64,000 bases of DNA. It comes from Podarcis bocagei (Eukaryota). The number at the start of each line of letters is the position of its first letter. Position 1 is the first letter of the stretch. Where the stretch lies: the NCBI GenBank assembly GCA_964188305.1, contig OZ076893.1; one strand, given 5' to 3'. The notes beneath the pieces were generated by a model that was given only the letters and a program-made list of their open reading frames with translations, searched no databases and was not told the origin of the DNA. This document shows positions 53,263 to 63,909 of this stretch, in pieces. A program made the translations under genes and the position numbers.

Positions 53263-53785
53263 TATGAGTTCAGTGGGTAGAGCATGAGACTTCTAATCTC
53301 AGGGCTGTGGGTTCGAGCCGTGGAATCACATTCATCCAGTGATTTACCAACTGCACTGGCTCCCTACATGGCCTAGGACCCACATACCTACGGGACCGTC
53401 TCTCCTGGTATGCCCCGCGGAGGACCTTAAGGTCCACAAATGACAACACTTTGAAGGTCCCAAGTCACAAGGTGGTTAGATTGGTCTCAACTAGGGCCAG
53501 GGCCATTTCAGTACAGGCCCCGACTTGGGGGAATGCTCTGTCACAAGAGACTAGGGCCCTGCAGGACTTGACATCTTTCCGCAGGGCCTGCAAGACAGAG
53601 CTGTTCCGCCTGGCCTTTGGTTTGGACTCAGTCTGACCCTTATGTTTCCCTCCCCTTATGGTTTTGACCTATGGACTTCTTCTAAAATGAGGCTGCATTT
53701 TAAATTGCTTTTTAACCTGTATTTTAAATTGGTTTCCCCCCCCTCCTGTTATGTTTGGACGGGGAGGGTGGTGTATAAATAAAAT

Positions 53786-53819
<34 letters not shown>

Positions 53820-53889
53820 GCAAAAGGGTTCCTGCACTGCAGACAGTTGGACTAGATGACCTGTATGGTCCGCTCCAACTGCTGTATGA
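53263..53889 (+). mobile_element. tRNA-Lys-derived SINE with CR1-type tail, split by an L2 insertion (head 53263-53319, tail 53818-53889)
   Basis: Head ttcagtgggtagagcatgagacttctaatctcagggctgtgggttcgagcc resembles tRNA-Lys(CTT); tail gttggactagatgacc...ggtccgctccaact is a CR1-like 3' end. Confidence 0.75.
53320..53817 (+). mobile_element. L2 LINE 3' fragment (ORF2 C-terminus) with (TTG)n tail
   Basis: Translates HIHPVIYQLHWLP..HGLGPTYLRDRL..RARAISVQAPTWGNAL..FRRACKTELFRLAF. Confidence 0.88.
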
Positions 53890-55244
53890 GTTGGGAAGCC
53901 CATCCAAACAGCAAAAGCATCTGTGCATTTGTAGCCTGAGTTCTACAAACCATTTCCTGCCCACGTTTCTGGTTGTCATCGCTTCACAGGAGTACCTTTA
54001 TTTGGAAAGGCAGAGGGAATGATGAGGAGATCAGGTTAGTGGTGGACTTAGATGAGTTGGGTTTGTATTCTGGAGAAGGGTTTGGCCTTGGCTTGCAGTG
54101 AGGGCAGTGAGAATTCCACACTGGGAGTTCATTTTCTAGACCCTCTCAATTCTGAGCCTACCTGTTTCCCTGTTAAATAGAAGGGTGAGCCCCCACCCAC
54201 CCTGGACTTTACATAAAACAAGATCTGCATGTGTGCTTCCGAAGAGGGTTGAGTCATTTTTCTTCATTAATGAAGCACATTCCTTCCCCAGCTAATCATT
54301 GTTCCTTCCTCCTTTAATCTCTCGTTTTGCCCATCAAAGAGAAAGTAGGCTCTCAGAACGAAGTCAGTTAGAGGCGATAATAGATTTACTGGCAAGATGT
54401 CTATGAGGAAAGAATTGCTTTCCTAATACAAGCAAGGTCTTTCATCTGTAAGAGAATATGTACCTTGACAAAATATATGGACACTGACAAAAGTGTTTTT
54501 AGTGGGAAAAGAGATGTCAAAACAGCCTATCTAACCTCTGCTCTGGGCTGGCTATCCTCCATTAAGTGCAGGTCAAGGATAATCAGCCATAATTGCGAGG
54601 GCAGCCAATGAGAGAAAGGAGACTAGTGATGCAGTGCCATGTCATTTCTACCAATGAAGGCGAGAGTGGGGAGCAGCTGAAAGAAAGTGATTTGTCTCTT
54701 TAGGCATAGAGAGATCTCTCTCCCTTTGCCGCACTGAAATCATATGAAAGCAGGCAGCTGTCCAAACTACAAGAATTCACTTTTTATTTTAGGTCTTCTG
54801 GGAGATTGGCAGGAACCATCTTATCTTATGTCAACAGCAAAGCCTCTTATAATGAGCAACAGGAAGGGTATATCTAGCAGATACAGTTGATTTTACTAGT
54901 AATCATTAAAATTTCAAAGTTGGGCAACACAAGTTGGGCAAATTAATCACTATCTTCTATTGAACATATCTACCCTACAGCAGTGTTTCCCAACCTTTTT
55001 TGGGCAAAGGCACACTTGTTTCATGAAAAAAATCTCGAGGCACACCACCATTACAGCCCCGTGACGTCAGCGCGCAGCGTCACGCCGGGAGGGACATGAA
55101 TTGCTAGCAAATTACATAATCACCTCCTTGAGGGCTGGCTCATCTTCTCCGAAGGCAGAACCCCATTAATTAACAGGACAGACTCACACCATAGCCAAGA
55201 CGAGGGGGGAAAACCTCAGTCATGCACAGTCATGCACATGTGGG

Positions 55245-55445
55245 GGCTAAATGAGGACGAAGACCGGGCAGAGAGCAGGGTTCAAATCACCCCACCTGGC
55301 CAGGACAATCCCTGGGTGCTCCCTTGGGCCACTCGCCTGACCCACCTCGCAGGGCTGTTGTTGCGAGGATAACACGGGGAGAACCATGCGCGCCCCCGGG
55401 AGCTCCTTGGAGGAGAAAGCGGGCGATGAATGCAATGCACGAAAT
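55245..55445 (+). mobile_element. CpG-rich Squam2-like SINE remnant inside the hAT cargo
   Basis: gggttcaaatc B box; cctgacccacctcgcagggctgttgttgcgaggataa...gaaccatgcgcgcc...gagctccttggagg aligns by eye to 32791-32995. Confidence 0.7.
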
Positions 55446-55824
55446 ATATGAGAGGCGACCAGGTTTTGCAGGTGAGGGGCCCCCGCCAGCCTCCGCTTCC
55501 AACACCCGGCGCAACGACGCCGAAGTTTCCCCCCGGGCTCGGCTCGGGGAGCAGCGCTGCTCCCCCCCGGCTCCCCTTCGCCCTCCCGGCTCTCTCTGCC
55601 GCCCACTGGGGACCCCCCTCACCTGCCAAGTCCGGAGCGCTGGTGGAAGTTGCATGCATGCATGCAGGGCGCCGCGTTGCCATTGCATTGCACTGCACTC
55701 CATGCAACGCCTGCACGCATGCATTGCCTTGCACGCCCGCCAAGGGGTCTCCCCGCGGTCCGATGCGTCCCCTCCGGCACGGATGCAGCATTGCAAAAAT
55801 AAAAAAACCCCGACGCAGCCCTAC

Positions 55825-55875
55825 CTGGGGGGCAGCCTCCGCCGCTCCGCCTCCGTGGGGATCCCCGGGCTCCAT
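55825..55875 (-). pseudogene. Putative captured first coding exon, MEPGDPHGGGAAEAAPQ (17 codons, phase 0)
   Basis: Strong Kozak context ggcaggATGG at 55875, ending at donor CAG|GTAGGG (55825/55824), downstream of a GC-rich 5' UTR-like stretch; source gene not identified. Confidence 0.45.
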
Positions 55876-55879
55876 CCTG

Positions 55880-56275
55880 CCGCCCGATCTCTGCGGGGGC
55901 GCAGGCAGGCTGCGCGGGGTCTGCGCGGAAGAGCCCCTGCCCGCCCGGCCGCCGCCGCCGCGCTCATTCCATGGCCGGGAGAAGAGCGCTTCAAACAAAA
56001 CGCCCGGCCCGCCAGGCCACGCTGGGAAACGTAGTTTGCGCACCCCGCGTGGGCGCGGAGCCCAAGGGCGAGGGGACTACGGATCCCGGCAGCCCCCGCG
56101 CCGGGGACGGAGGGGGAGAGGCCGGGTGCAGGGATGGAGGGACGGGTGGGCGAGCGAGTGAGTGAGTGGCAGCCGCCAAGCCTTGGCCGAGAGCCAGGAA
56201 GGGCCTCCCCGGAGGAGGAGGAGGAGGAGGAGGGAGGCGCAGAGCGGGAGGGAGGGAGGGAACCCCAGGGGTCAT
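55880..56275. promoter_or_regulatory. CpG-island bidirectional-promoter-like segment inside the hAT element
   Basis: Two divergent ZNF143/SBS-type motifs, ACTACGTTTCCCAGCG (minus, 56020-56035) and ACTACGGATCCCGGCAGC (plus, 56076-56093), 40 bp apart; GGC/GGA-repeat 5' UTR-like sequence on both sides. Confidence 0.55.
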
Positions 56276-57361
56276 CTAGTGACGGCGCCCCAATCAAAAA
56301 TTTGACTTTTAAAAAAAAATCTTTCGAATTTTTTATTTTTTCCCGCGGCACACCAGGCAACATCTCGCGGCACACTAGTGTGCCGCGGAACAGTGGTTGG
56401 GAAACACTGCCCTACAGTATTAAACTGCTTGAATGCCATGACTGTCCCAATGGCTTCTGGAAATTATGGTTCTTGTCCCAGTACTTTCAAGAACAACATC
56501 TGGACGTCACCAAGTTGGCTTGAGGAGTCAGAAGGGGGTCTCCTGGTTGTGACTTATCAGCCATGTATGGATAAGGCAAGACGGACTCATTATTATGTTA
56601 TGAAAGCAAGTGTATAAATAAATGTGGAAGGCAGTTAAGCCAAAATCTGGTGGGTGCCCCAGATGTCTTTGCCAAAAGAAAGCCTTTCAAAAATGATTCA
56701 TAAAACCCAGACTACTGTTGAGAGGTTCTAAAAAGAACACAGAGCTCTCTGGCCTTGACTAAAGCATTCTTATCAACTTATTAGAACACACTGTTATTTA
56801 GGGATATGAGCAGGAACGGCTGATCACTGTATCATGTGCGTAACAAATTCTTTTAATCAGCCATCCAATGGCGCAAGCTGTACATTCAGATAATGAGGAT
56901 GACAGATGCACAAGTTCACAAAATAATGTGAACCAATGTGAGCTCACTTATGCTTTGGTACAGGATGATCAAAGTACCATACAGCTTGGAACACTCAAAG
57001 CATCATCCGGCTAGGAACGTCACATGTTATCAAGGTGAAAAACATGACTTTCAATTAAGTGGGGGAGAGCTCACACAAGAGGTAGGATTTGTTCCCTCAC
57101 CTCCAATTATGGTGTCTGATTACCTCTCTTCCTTAGCCAATGTGTTCCAGAACGAATAAAGTGCCTACTGAAGTGAAATCTCCTTAACTGAAGGAGGGGA
57201 GTTTAAAAAATGTTTTAGAATTATTTAAATAGGATGCAATTTTTTTAGCCCTACTGACTGAATGTGCCCAAACTCATTTGAATCTAAATACTATTCTAGC
57301 CTAACTGCTTTGTAGATCACAGTTTTTTATAATGGAAATAATGCATCAGTACTGTACAAAA

Positions 57362-57710
57362 GGGATGCGGGTGGCGCTGTAGGTTAAACCACAGAGCCTA
57401 GGACTTGCCGATCAGAAGGTCGGCGGTTCAAATCCCCGCGACGGGGTGAGCTCCCGTTGCTTGGTCCGTGCTTCTGCCCACCTAGTAGTTCAAAAGCACA
57501 TCAAAGTGCAAGTAGATAAATAGGTACCACTCCGGTGGGAAGGTAAATGGCGTTTCCGTGCGCTGCTCTGGTTCGCCAAAAGCGGCTTAGTCATGCTGGC
57601 CACATGACCCGGAAGCTGTACGCCAGCTCCCTCGGCCAATAAAGCGAGATGAGCACCGCAACCCCAGAGTCGGCCACGACTGGACCTAATGGTCAGGGGT
57701 CCCTTTACCT
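57362..57710 (+). mobile_element. Sauria SINE, full length
   Basis: GGGATGCGGGTGGCGCTGTAGG head, CCTTTACCT tail; TSD TACTGTACAA at 57350-57359 and 57711-57720. Confidence 0.95.
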
Positions 57711-58463
57711 TACTGTACAAGAAGAGGTTGCTTCAGGTGCTTAGGCCTATAGCTCACTCTGTTCTTCATACTTCATACACAGCTTCATAACTGTGACCAG
57801 AGAATCTGTGAGGTGTGTAAAATTGTTTTACAGTCCAAAGGTGTTCGGGCGTTGAAGGGTGGTTAGCTGAACTGAAGCTCACATGCTTTTATGAACAGAG
57901 CTTGTGGTCCCCGCATCAGTGTAAGAAAGAGAATGCCTATTTTTACAACAAGCAAGCCCTCACATTGCTTAACCCTTAAAAAAGAAAGAAAACTAAATTG
58001 AAATTACTTTTAAAATAAAGGCAACAAAAAGGAAGATCACCACATAGCATTATAACAAGATCACTAATTAAAGGAAAAAGGAAACTCGTTGACTACATTT
58101 CTGAGCATATCATGAGAAAGCTTATGGGGCGATTAGAGTAAAACTGCCTAAGGGAAAAGAAAAGCTCAGTGAGAGCATTGGGATGTGTTAACTATATAGT
58201 CGAATCATAGACAGAAATATATAAGCACAAGCACACACATCTGTATTTGATTGAACTCTGATCAGATGCTTGAAGGGAAATAAATGGAAAGCATGGGGCA
58301 ACAACACCCCTCTTTCTTAAAAAATAGATTTCTTGTTTCTTTGCTCTTGCTGAATGAGTTAACACACAACCATGCTGGCCAGTTTATTTGCCTCAAATTG
58401 ATCAAACATGGTCAAAAGCATTATAAAGATGGAGGGGAGGGAAGGAGAAACATGAGTGGTATC

Positions 58464-58777
58464 TTGTTGTTGTTTAGTCATTTAATTGTGTCTGACTTCG
58501 TGACCCCATGAACCAGAGCACACCAGGCACTCCTGTCTTCCATTGCCTCCCGCAGTTTGGTCAAACTCATGTTAGTACCTTCAAGAACACTGTCCATGGA
58601 GTTTTCTTGGCAGGGATACTGGAGTGGCTTGCCGGTTCCTGCTCCAGGTGGATCGTTTTTAGTCAAAATTCTCCACTATGACCTGTCCGTCTTGGGTGTC
58701 CCTGCACAGCATAGCTCATAGCTTCTCTGAGTTATTCAAGCCCCTTCACCACGACAAGGCAGTGATCTGTGAAGGAG
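58464..58777 (-). mobile_element. Bipartite BovB (RTE)-derived short element: 5' UTR fused to the 3' end
   Basis: Minus strand: gatcactgccttgtcgtgg...ggcaagccactccagtatccctgccaagaaaactccatggacag joined to atgagtttgaccaaactgcgggagg...catggggtcacgaagtcagacac...(CAA)n; TSD GAGTGGTATC at 58454-58463 and 58778-58787. Confidence 0.88.
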
Positions 58778-60612
58778 GAGTGGTATCCTACTAGGTTTTA
58801 TTCATCATAGACTCACTGAAATGACTTCAGTTAGGCCTAGTCATTTTAGTGGATCTACTATGAGTAAAATTTAGCAGAATACTACTCCATATGCCAATGT
58901 GCCAGCTTTACCTTCTCATCTCAATCCACATCATCATACTCACCTTTTAAAAACTCCCCACATTTTTTCAACTCCTCCCTCTCCACTGCCATTTAAACTC
59001 AGCCTGTTGTGATGGCTCATTTATCTTCCCCTGCCACAAAAGCATCCATGGTTTGGTCACCTCAATCAGTATTAATAAAAGTAGATAATTCCTGGCATAT
59101 AACATGGGATCCTTGTGCTGCTTTTCTGCTTTTTATTGAATAGCCTCATTCACATGTCATGGTAAACTGTAGCTAATGGTTTCCTGTACTCCTGCCTCTC
59201 TGGGCAGTTTAACTCCTAACCACTACACACACAAGAATTAAATCACAATCCTGGCTCAGCATTACATCTGAACCAGAGCTCATGGTTTGTTTCATTCCCT
59301 ACAAATCATGGTCTGTACCCAAAGCTGTTTCTTGGCTTTCTGATCATATAATGTTAAGTCAGAGATCATGGTTTGTTTTATACATGCGCTAGTGGAGCGG
59401 GGGGAAACACAAACCACAACAGTGCATATAGTCTCTCATGACATACAAACTGGACAATGATGTGTTATTATGGCAACTGCATATTAAAACATGTGCACTG
59501 ACTTCGTTATAAAATGTGTGTACTCAGTTAGAAGGCCCATCAGTCAGAAGGGGGTGGATGGTAAAGGAATAAGAGTTTGCAATGAAAGGAGTCAATCTGC
59601 ATGCTGAAAGGTTTGCCTCAAAGAAAGGATGTTTACCTAGGCCCTACAAAGTGGGGATGTCCTTTGAAATGATAACAAAGACTCTTGACACTATCACAGT
59701 TCAAAAGCTCTCTTTGAAGTATCTCAAATGCAATCATGCTAAGTAGAAGGGAGTCAAAAGCTTGTATACTGCCAAAAAATAGAATGAGTTTTTAAGGATG
59801 ATTCCGTGGTGTTAAGATGCTAATGCAGACACCTGGGTGTAAACAGCAAAGGGTGTGGATTAGGTCTTAACTGGAAATTTCGGGGGGGGGGGGCTATATC
59901 CAAATTAAAAATAAATATTTAGTGCAAATGTAATGCTCTGCTTGGGTAAGAGTTCTGTGTGAGCCAAAGCTTGCATTCTCTTCATTCAGAAAGTGGTTGA
60001 AGCATCACTATTGCCATTTTATGTCTGTTAGGGATCACCAACATGCAGCTACTTGTGCTTCTGACTCAGCACTGTGGCTCAAACCTGGGGGCATGAAGAG
60101 TATTCTTAGAAAAGGCAGATTTTTTCCCCTTTCCCTTTCCTGAACATGGAAAGCAACCTGTGCAGGGTTCATAGACCCTGTGGCGATTCCATAAACTTTG
60201 TTGGTCATGTAGACTCCGACTTAAGCACTCTGTCTATAGCAGTTGCAGTGAACATAGCACATTCAAACCACTACATCAGAGCTATGTCAATAAACCTAAT
60301 ATACACAATATCAACTTTTGCAACAAATTTGTAAAGTTAATATTACCTTGTCCCCACATTCTGAATTTGAGGTTCAGAAATGGCTTGAGAGGGGGAATTT
60401 GAACCAGGGACTTCTCAGCTCACACTTTACCACTCACTTTAGCTGTCAAAAAGATCAACTGTGTGTTAACATTTCATTTCAGCAGTTCTTACAAGGGTAT
60501 TTTAGCATTACATTTCAATGTCCATCAACACAGGCACTACTTAATTAGTGCACGGTTTTCCAAAGGAGGCATCCTAGTTGTTCTGAAACAATGACTTTCA
60601 AGGGAAGACCCT

Positions 60613-60805
60613 TGGGAATGGGCCGTATCTCAGTGACACAGCATCTACTTTGCATGCAGAAGTTCCCAAGTTCAAGCCCTGGTGTCTCCTGGTGGGGCAG
60701 GGAGAGATCCAGTCTGAAATCCTGGTTAGACGCTGCCAGTCACTGTAGAAAATACTGAGTTGGGTGGACTAATAATGGTTTGACTCAGTTTAATGCAACT
60801 CCTTA
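60613..60805 (+). mobile_element. Squam3-like tRNA-derived SINE, near full length
   Basis: gggccgtatctcagtg...agcatctactttgcatgcagaagttcccaagttcaagccctgg...gctgccagtcactgtagaaaatactgag...atggtttgactcag. Confidence 0.8.
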
Positions 60806-61032
60806 AGTAGCACTCAGATCACAAACAGCAGTAGGTATTTAAACCAGACCAAGGCATCATGAAGTCCCTGTGCCGTAGGCAATGCGATGCTGACCAAATA
60901 ATGCAGCTTGCCAGAGAATTCAGGAGTACATTGTGCCTGACCGATTTAAACATTACCTTTTGCAACTAAGGCTGCAGACAGCCCTTCATTCCATCTTCAC
61001 AATGTTTCCCTGTTAATTCCCACCTTATATTT

Positions 61033-61213
61033 GAGCTTTCACATGACATAAAAGCCATTGCCAGAAATATGGCAGAATATAGCACAAGTTTAGCGCTCAT
61101 TTCTGCATTACTTACTTAGGAAAAATCAGTTTGCAAATCACATGGAAATGAGTGCTAATCTTGCACTATATTCTGCTATATTTCCAAAAGTGAATTTATG
61201 CTGTGTGAAAGCT
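61033..61213. repeat. Palindromic MITE (PIF/Harbinger-like)
   Basis: agctttcacatgacataaa pairs with tttatgctgtgtgaaagct; gaaatatggcagaatatagcacaag pairs with cttgcactatattctgctatatttc. Confidence 0.75.
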
Positions 61214-61333
61214 AAAATATTATGCAGAAATTAACTGTTGAGGAAACGCTGGGGAAATGGAATAAAGTGCCTAAATGGAAATGAAAAGTCCATTTATTCA
61301 ATGTGTTTTCAGCTCTCAAGGCTGGGAGCGCAT

Positions 61334-61629
61334 GGTGCTCATTTACCTTTGCTCCATGTTTCTAGGCTCAGGTCCCGGCTTTCCAAGTTCTGTTTTGTTT
61401 TTGTCCTGGCACTTTCCCCAGGAAAACCCATGTTTTACTTCTGAATCGGCGCTAACAGCAATCTGCAGAAATCCCAATTGTCATTTGCTCTGATTCAGTG
61501 GTAAAACATAGGTTTTCTGGGGAATGCGCCAGGACAACAAACAAACAAACAAACAATGCTCAGACATGGACCTGAAAAGCCCAGACTTGTGCCTAGAAAC
61601 ATGGAGCAAATGTAAGTTTGGATGAGCCC
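61334..61629. repeat. Palindromic MITE (PIF/Harbinger-like)
   Basis: tttgctccatgtttctaggc pairs with gcctagaaacatggagcaaa; ttgtcctggc with gccaggacaa; atgttttac with gtaaaacat. Confidence 0.8.
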
Positions 61630-62445
61630 TTAGTGGCAGGCAGTGTTACAAAATGAAGGTTGGAATTACTGGCTCCCCATCACTCACTCTCTTTTCAGCA
61701 TGGCTCCAGGGACACTAGTTCCTGAGCAAGGCCTTGGAGGAGTCCATGAAGCCTGCAAGATGCTTTCAGCACTGAAAACCTCCAAGATAAAACTGGCTTC
61801 TTGGAACATTTGCTCATGTCTATCGCTTTGTATTTCTAGCTGGAATTTTAAATGTCTGGTCTATGCTTTTCTTACGGATATCTCTTAATACTTCAAGAGT
61901 TTCCAAAGAAAACCATGAGTCAGAGACAAATCTTGTTGCAGCATGTGGAGTTCAGGTTGTTGCATTTTTTGTAATGCTTTGGAAGTGAGCTCTTTGTGGG
62001 AAATGGTGTGCAGTCAAAGAAACTGAAAAGATACGACAAGAACAAAGGATACATAAATCACATAGGACTCCACCCCCGCACCACCATTGCTCTGGAATTC
62101 CTGTAACATGAGATCAGCACTTCCCAATATTCGGCCTGGTAGACAAAGTAGAATGTCTTTTAAAGTATTCTAATGTTGTCCTTTCTCCTCAAAACAGTGC
62201 TGTATAATACTCTTGAAAGCTTTTGTGGATTAGAGAATAGGTTTATTGGTGTATGACTCATGTTAGCTGCTATCACAGTTTACTCCTACTTCAGTTTACT
62301 CTAAGGATGAGCAGAAACTGATGACTTTGTTTTGGTGTGTCTTTCATTGGTTATCTAAGGGGAAGTGAGTTGGATTCAACCATTATCAGTTAGTTAAACA
62401 TTTCACAACTCATTACCATGCTTAGGTAGTTTCACTGGAAACTTG

Positions 62446-62764
62446 GTAAGTAAAGGTAAAGGATTCCTGGACGGTTAAGTCCAGTCAAAGGCGACTATGG
62501 GGTTGTGGCGCTCATCTTGCTTTCAGGCTGAGGAAACCAGCGTTTGTCCACAGACAGCTTTCTGGGTCATGTGGCCGGCATGACTAAACCACTTCTGGTG
62601 CAACAGAACACCGTGGCAGAAACCAGAGCGCATGAAAACACAGTTTACCTTCCCGCCGCAGCAGTATCTATTTATCTACTTGCACTGGCATGCTTTTGAA
62701 CCGCTAGGTTGGCAGGAGCTGGGATAGAGCAATGGGAGCTCACCCCATCACGGGATTTGAACCG
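62446..62764 (-). mobile_element. Sauria SINE, 5'-truncated just past the B box
   Basis: taaaggtaaagg tail and conserved body, ending at gggatttgaaccg. Confidence 0.92.
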
Positions 62765-63242
62765 TCCATTCATAAAACACAGTGTTAATTCATAAAGCAG
62801 TAACATAAATCTCCATTGCTATATATTGGGTGTATATTTCAGCGGTTGAACATACAAGTTTATGCTGTAGTGTAGTGCTTATGCGACTGTGAATAAAAGG
62901 TGGCTGGGCTCATGGGGTTTGGGGGGGAAGAGGTGACAAAACTGATTTCCAATGTGCCTCCCCTTTATTTCCATAACAAGTCCTTGAGTCTGTACTCAGA
63001 ATAGTGACACCAGGGACCTAGAAGGTGCAGGGCTTGTCAAGTTCAACCGCTGCACAGTCTAATCAGGGCTGACCTTAAGGCAATTGGAGCAATTGGGCCA
63101 AATTGGGTCCTGCAGGCCGCTCCTAAAGCAGCAGACTTTGGCTGTGATCTGAGGCCCTACAAAAAAATAAAATAAAAAATCAAGTTGCACTCCACTGCTT
63201 CAAATTGGGCCCCACTGGCTAGCCCTTAGTATAATAGTTGCT

Positions 63243-63909
63243 GGGCCTGAGTTGCGCTGCCCTTGCATGAAGTCTTGGATTTCCAGTGTTGGGAGAGGGG
63301 AGACTGCGGCACTGGGGAGTGGGCAGGCTGGCTAGGCCCCCTAGACTTAGAGGCCCGAATTGTCCTGCCCTCACACAGGAGTGAATGAAGATGTCATGAC
63401 ACCCGGGGCGGGGCGTCACTACATAGCACACATATGTGGCGTCGCTACGTACGGCGCGTGCACCATATGTAGTGACGTGGCACATGCGCTGTACATAGCA
63501 CTTTGCTGCCAGCGCCGGGATCCTCTGCTCGCGGCTGCAGCCGCGAACGGAGGATCCTCCACATGTGGCTGTGGTGGCGTGATGGCTGCTCGCGCCACCA
63601 CGGTGGGGCACCTTCTTGTCACTCCCACAGACATGGAACCAGGAGGACACCATCCCCCCTGCCCCCCTGTTGCGACGCCACTGCCGTCACATGAAGTATT
63701 GGGTTTGGGGAGGGGAGAGTGCAACCCTGGGGAGAGGGCAGACTGGTGAGGCTCCATAGATTTAGAGGTCTGAGTTGCCCTGCCCTCACATGAAGTCATG
63801 GGTTTGCAATTTTGGGAGAGGGGAGACTGCCCACTGGGGCTGGTGAGGCCCCCTAGATTTAGAGGCCATAGGCTTCAGCCTACTTAGCCTATACATAAAT
63901 CCGGTACTG
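63243..63909. mobile_element. hAT-like element with three ~100-120-bp internal tandem units, interrupted by a second hAT
   Basis: Repeated unit tgagttgccctgccctcacatgaagtc...gggagaggggagactgc...ggccccctagatttagagg; right end ...taaatccggtactg; left end not identified. Confidence 0.6.
63376..63683. mobile_element. GC-rich non-autonomous hAT (Tip100-like) nested insertion
   Basis: CAG...CTG termini (right end ttgcgacgccactg); 7/8 TSD CCCTCACA (63368-63375) / CCGTCACA (63684-63691); removing it restores the tandem unit. Confidence 0.75.

Larger units (their letters stand above)
54981..56409. mobile_element. Non-autonomous hAT (Charlie-type) element, 1429 bp, with GC-rich cargo
   Basis: Perfect 15-bp TIRs CAGTGTTTCCCAACC / GGTTGGGAAACACTG; perfect 8-bp TSD CCCTACAG at 54973-54980 and 56410-56417; subterminal GGCACAC repeats; no transposase ORF. 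Confidence 0.93.

Noticed and set aside
53263-53319. Functional tRNA-Lys gene
   Set aside because: Acceptor stem missing, anticodon loop altered, and it continues as a SINE body.
55054-56275. Native CpG-island promoter of a gene resident at this locus
   Set aside because: The island is bounded by hAT arms and a perfect TSD with abrupt compositional edges, so it is better explained as inserted cargo.
55247-56523. Long overlapping ORFs (169-253 aa) on both strands
   Set aside because: Stop codons are scarce in very GC-rich DNA; the products are low-complexity Pro/Gly/Arg/Ala with no transposase or other domain.
56885-57010. Possible C/D-box snoRNA on the minus strand (GATGATGC...CTGA)
   Set aside because: C box imperfect, no terminal stem and no recognisable guide.
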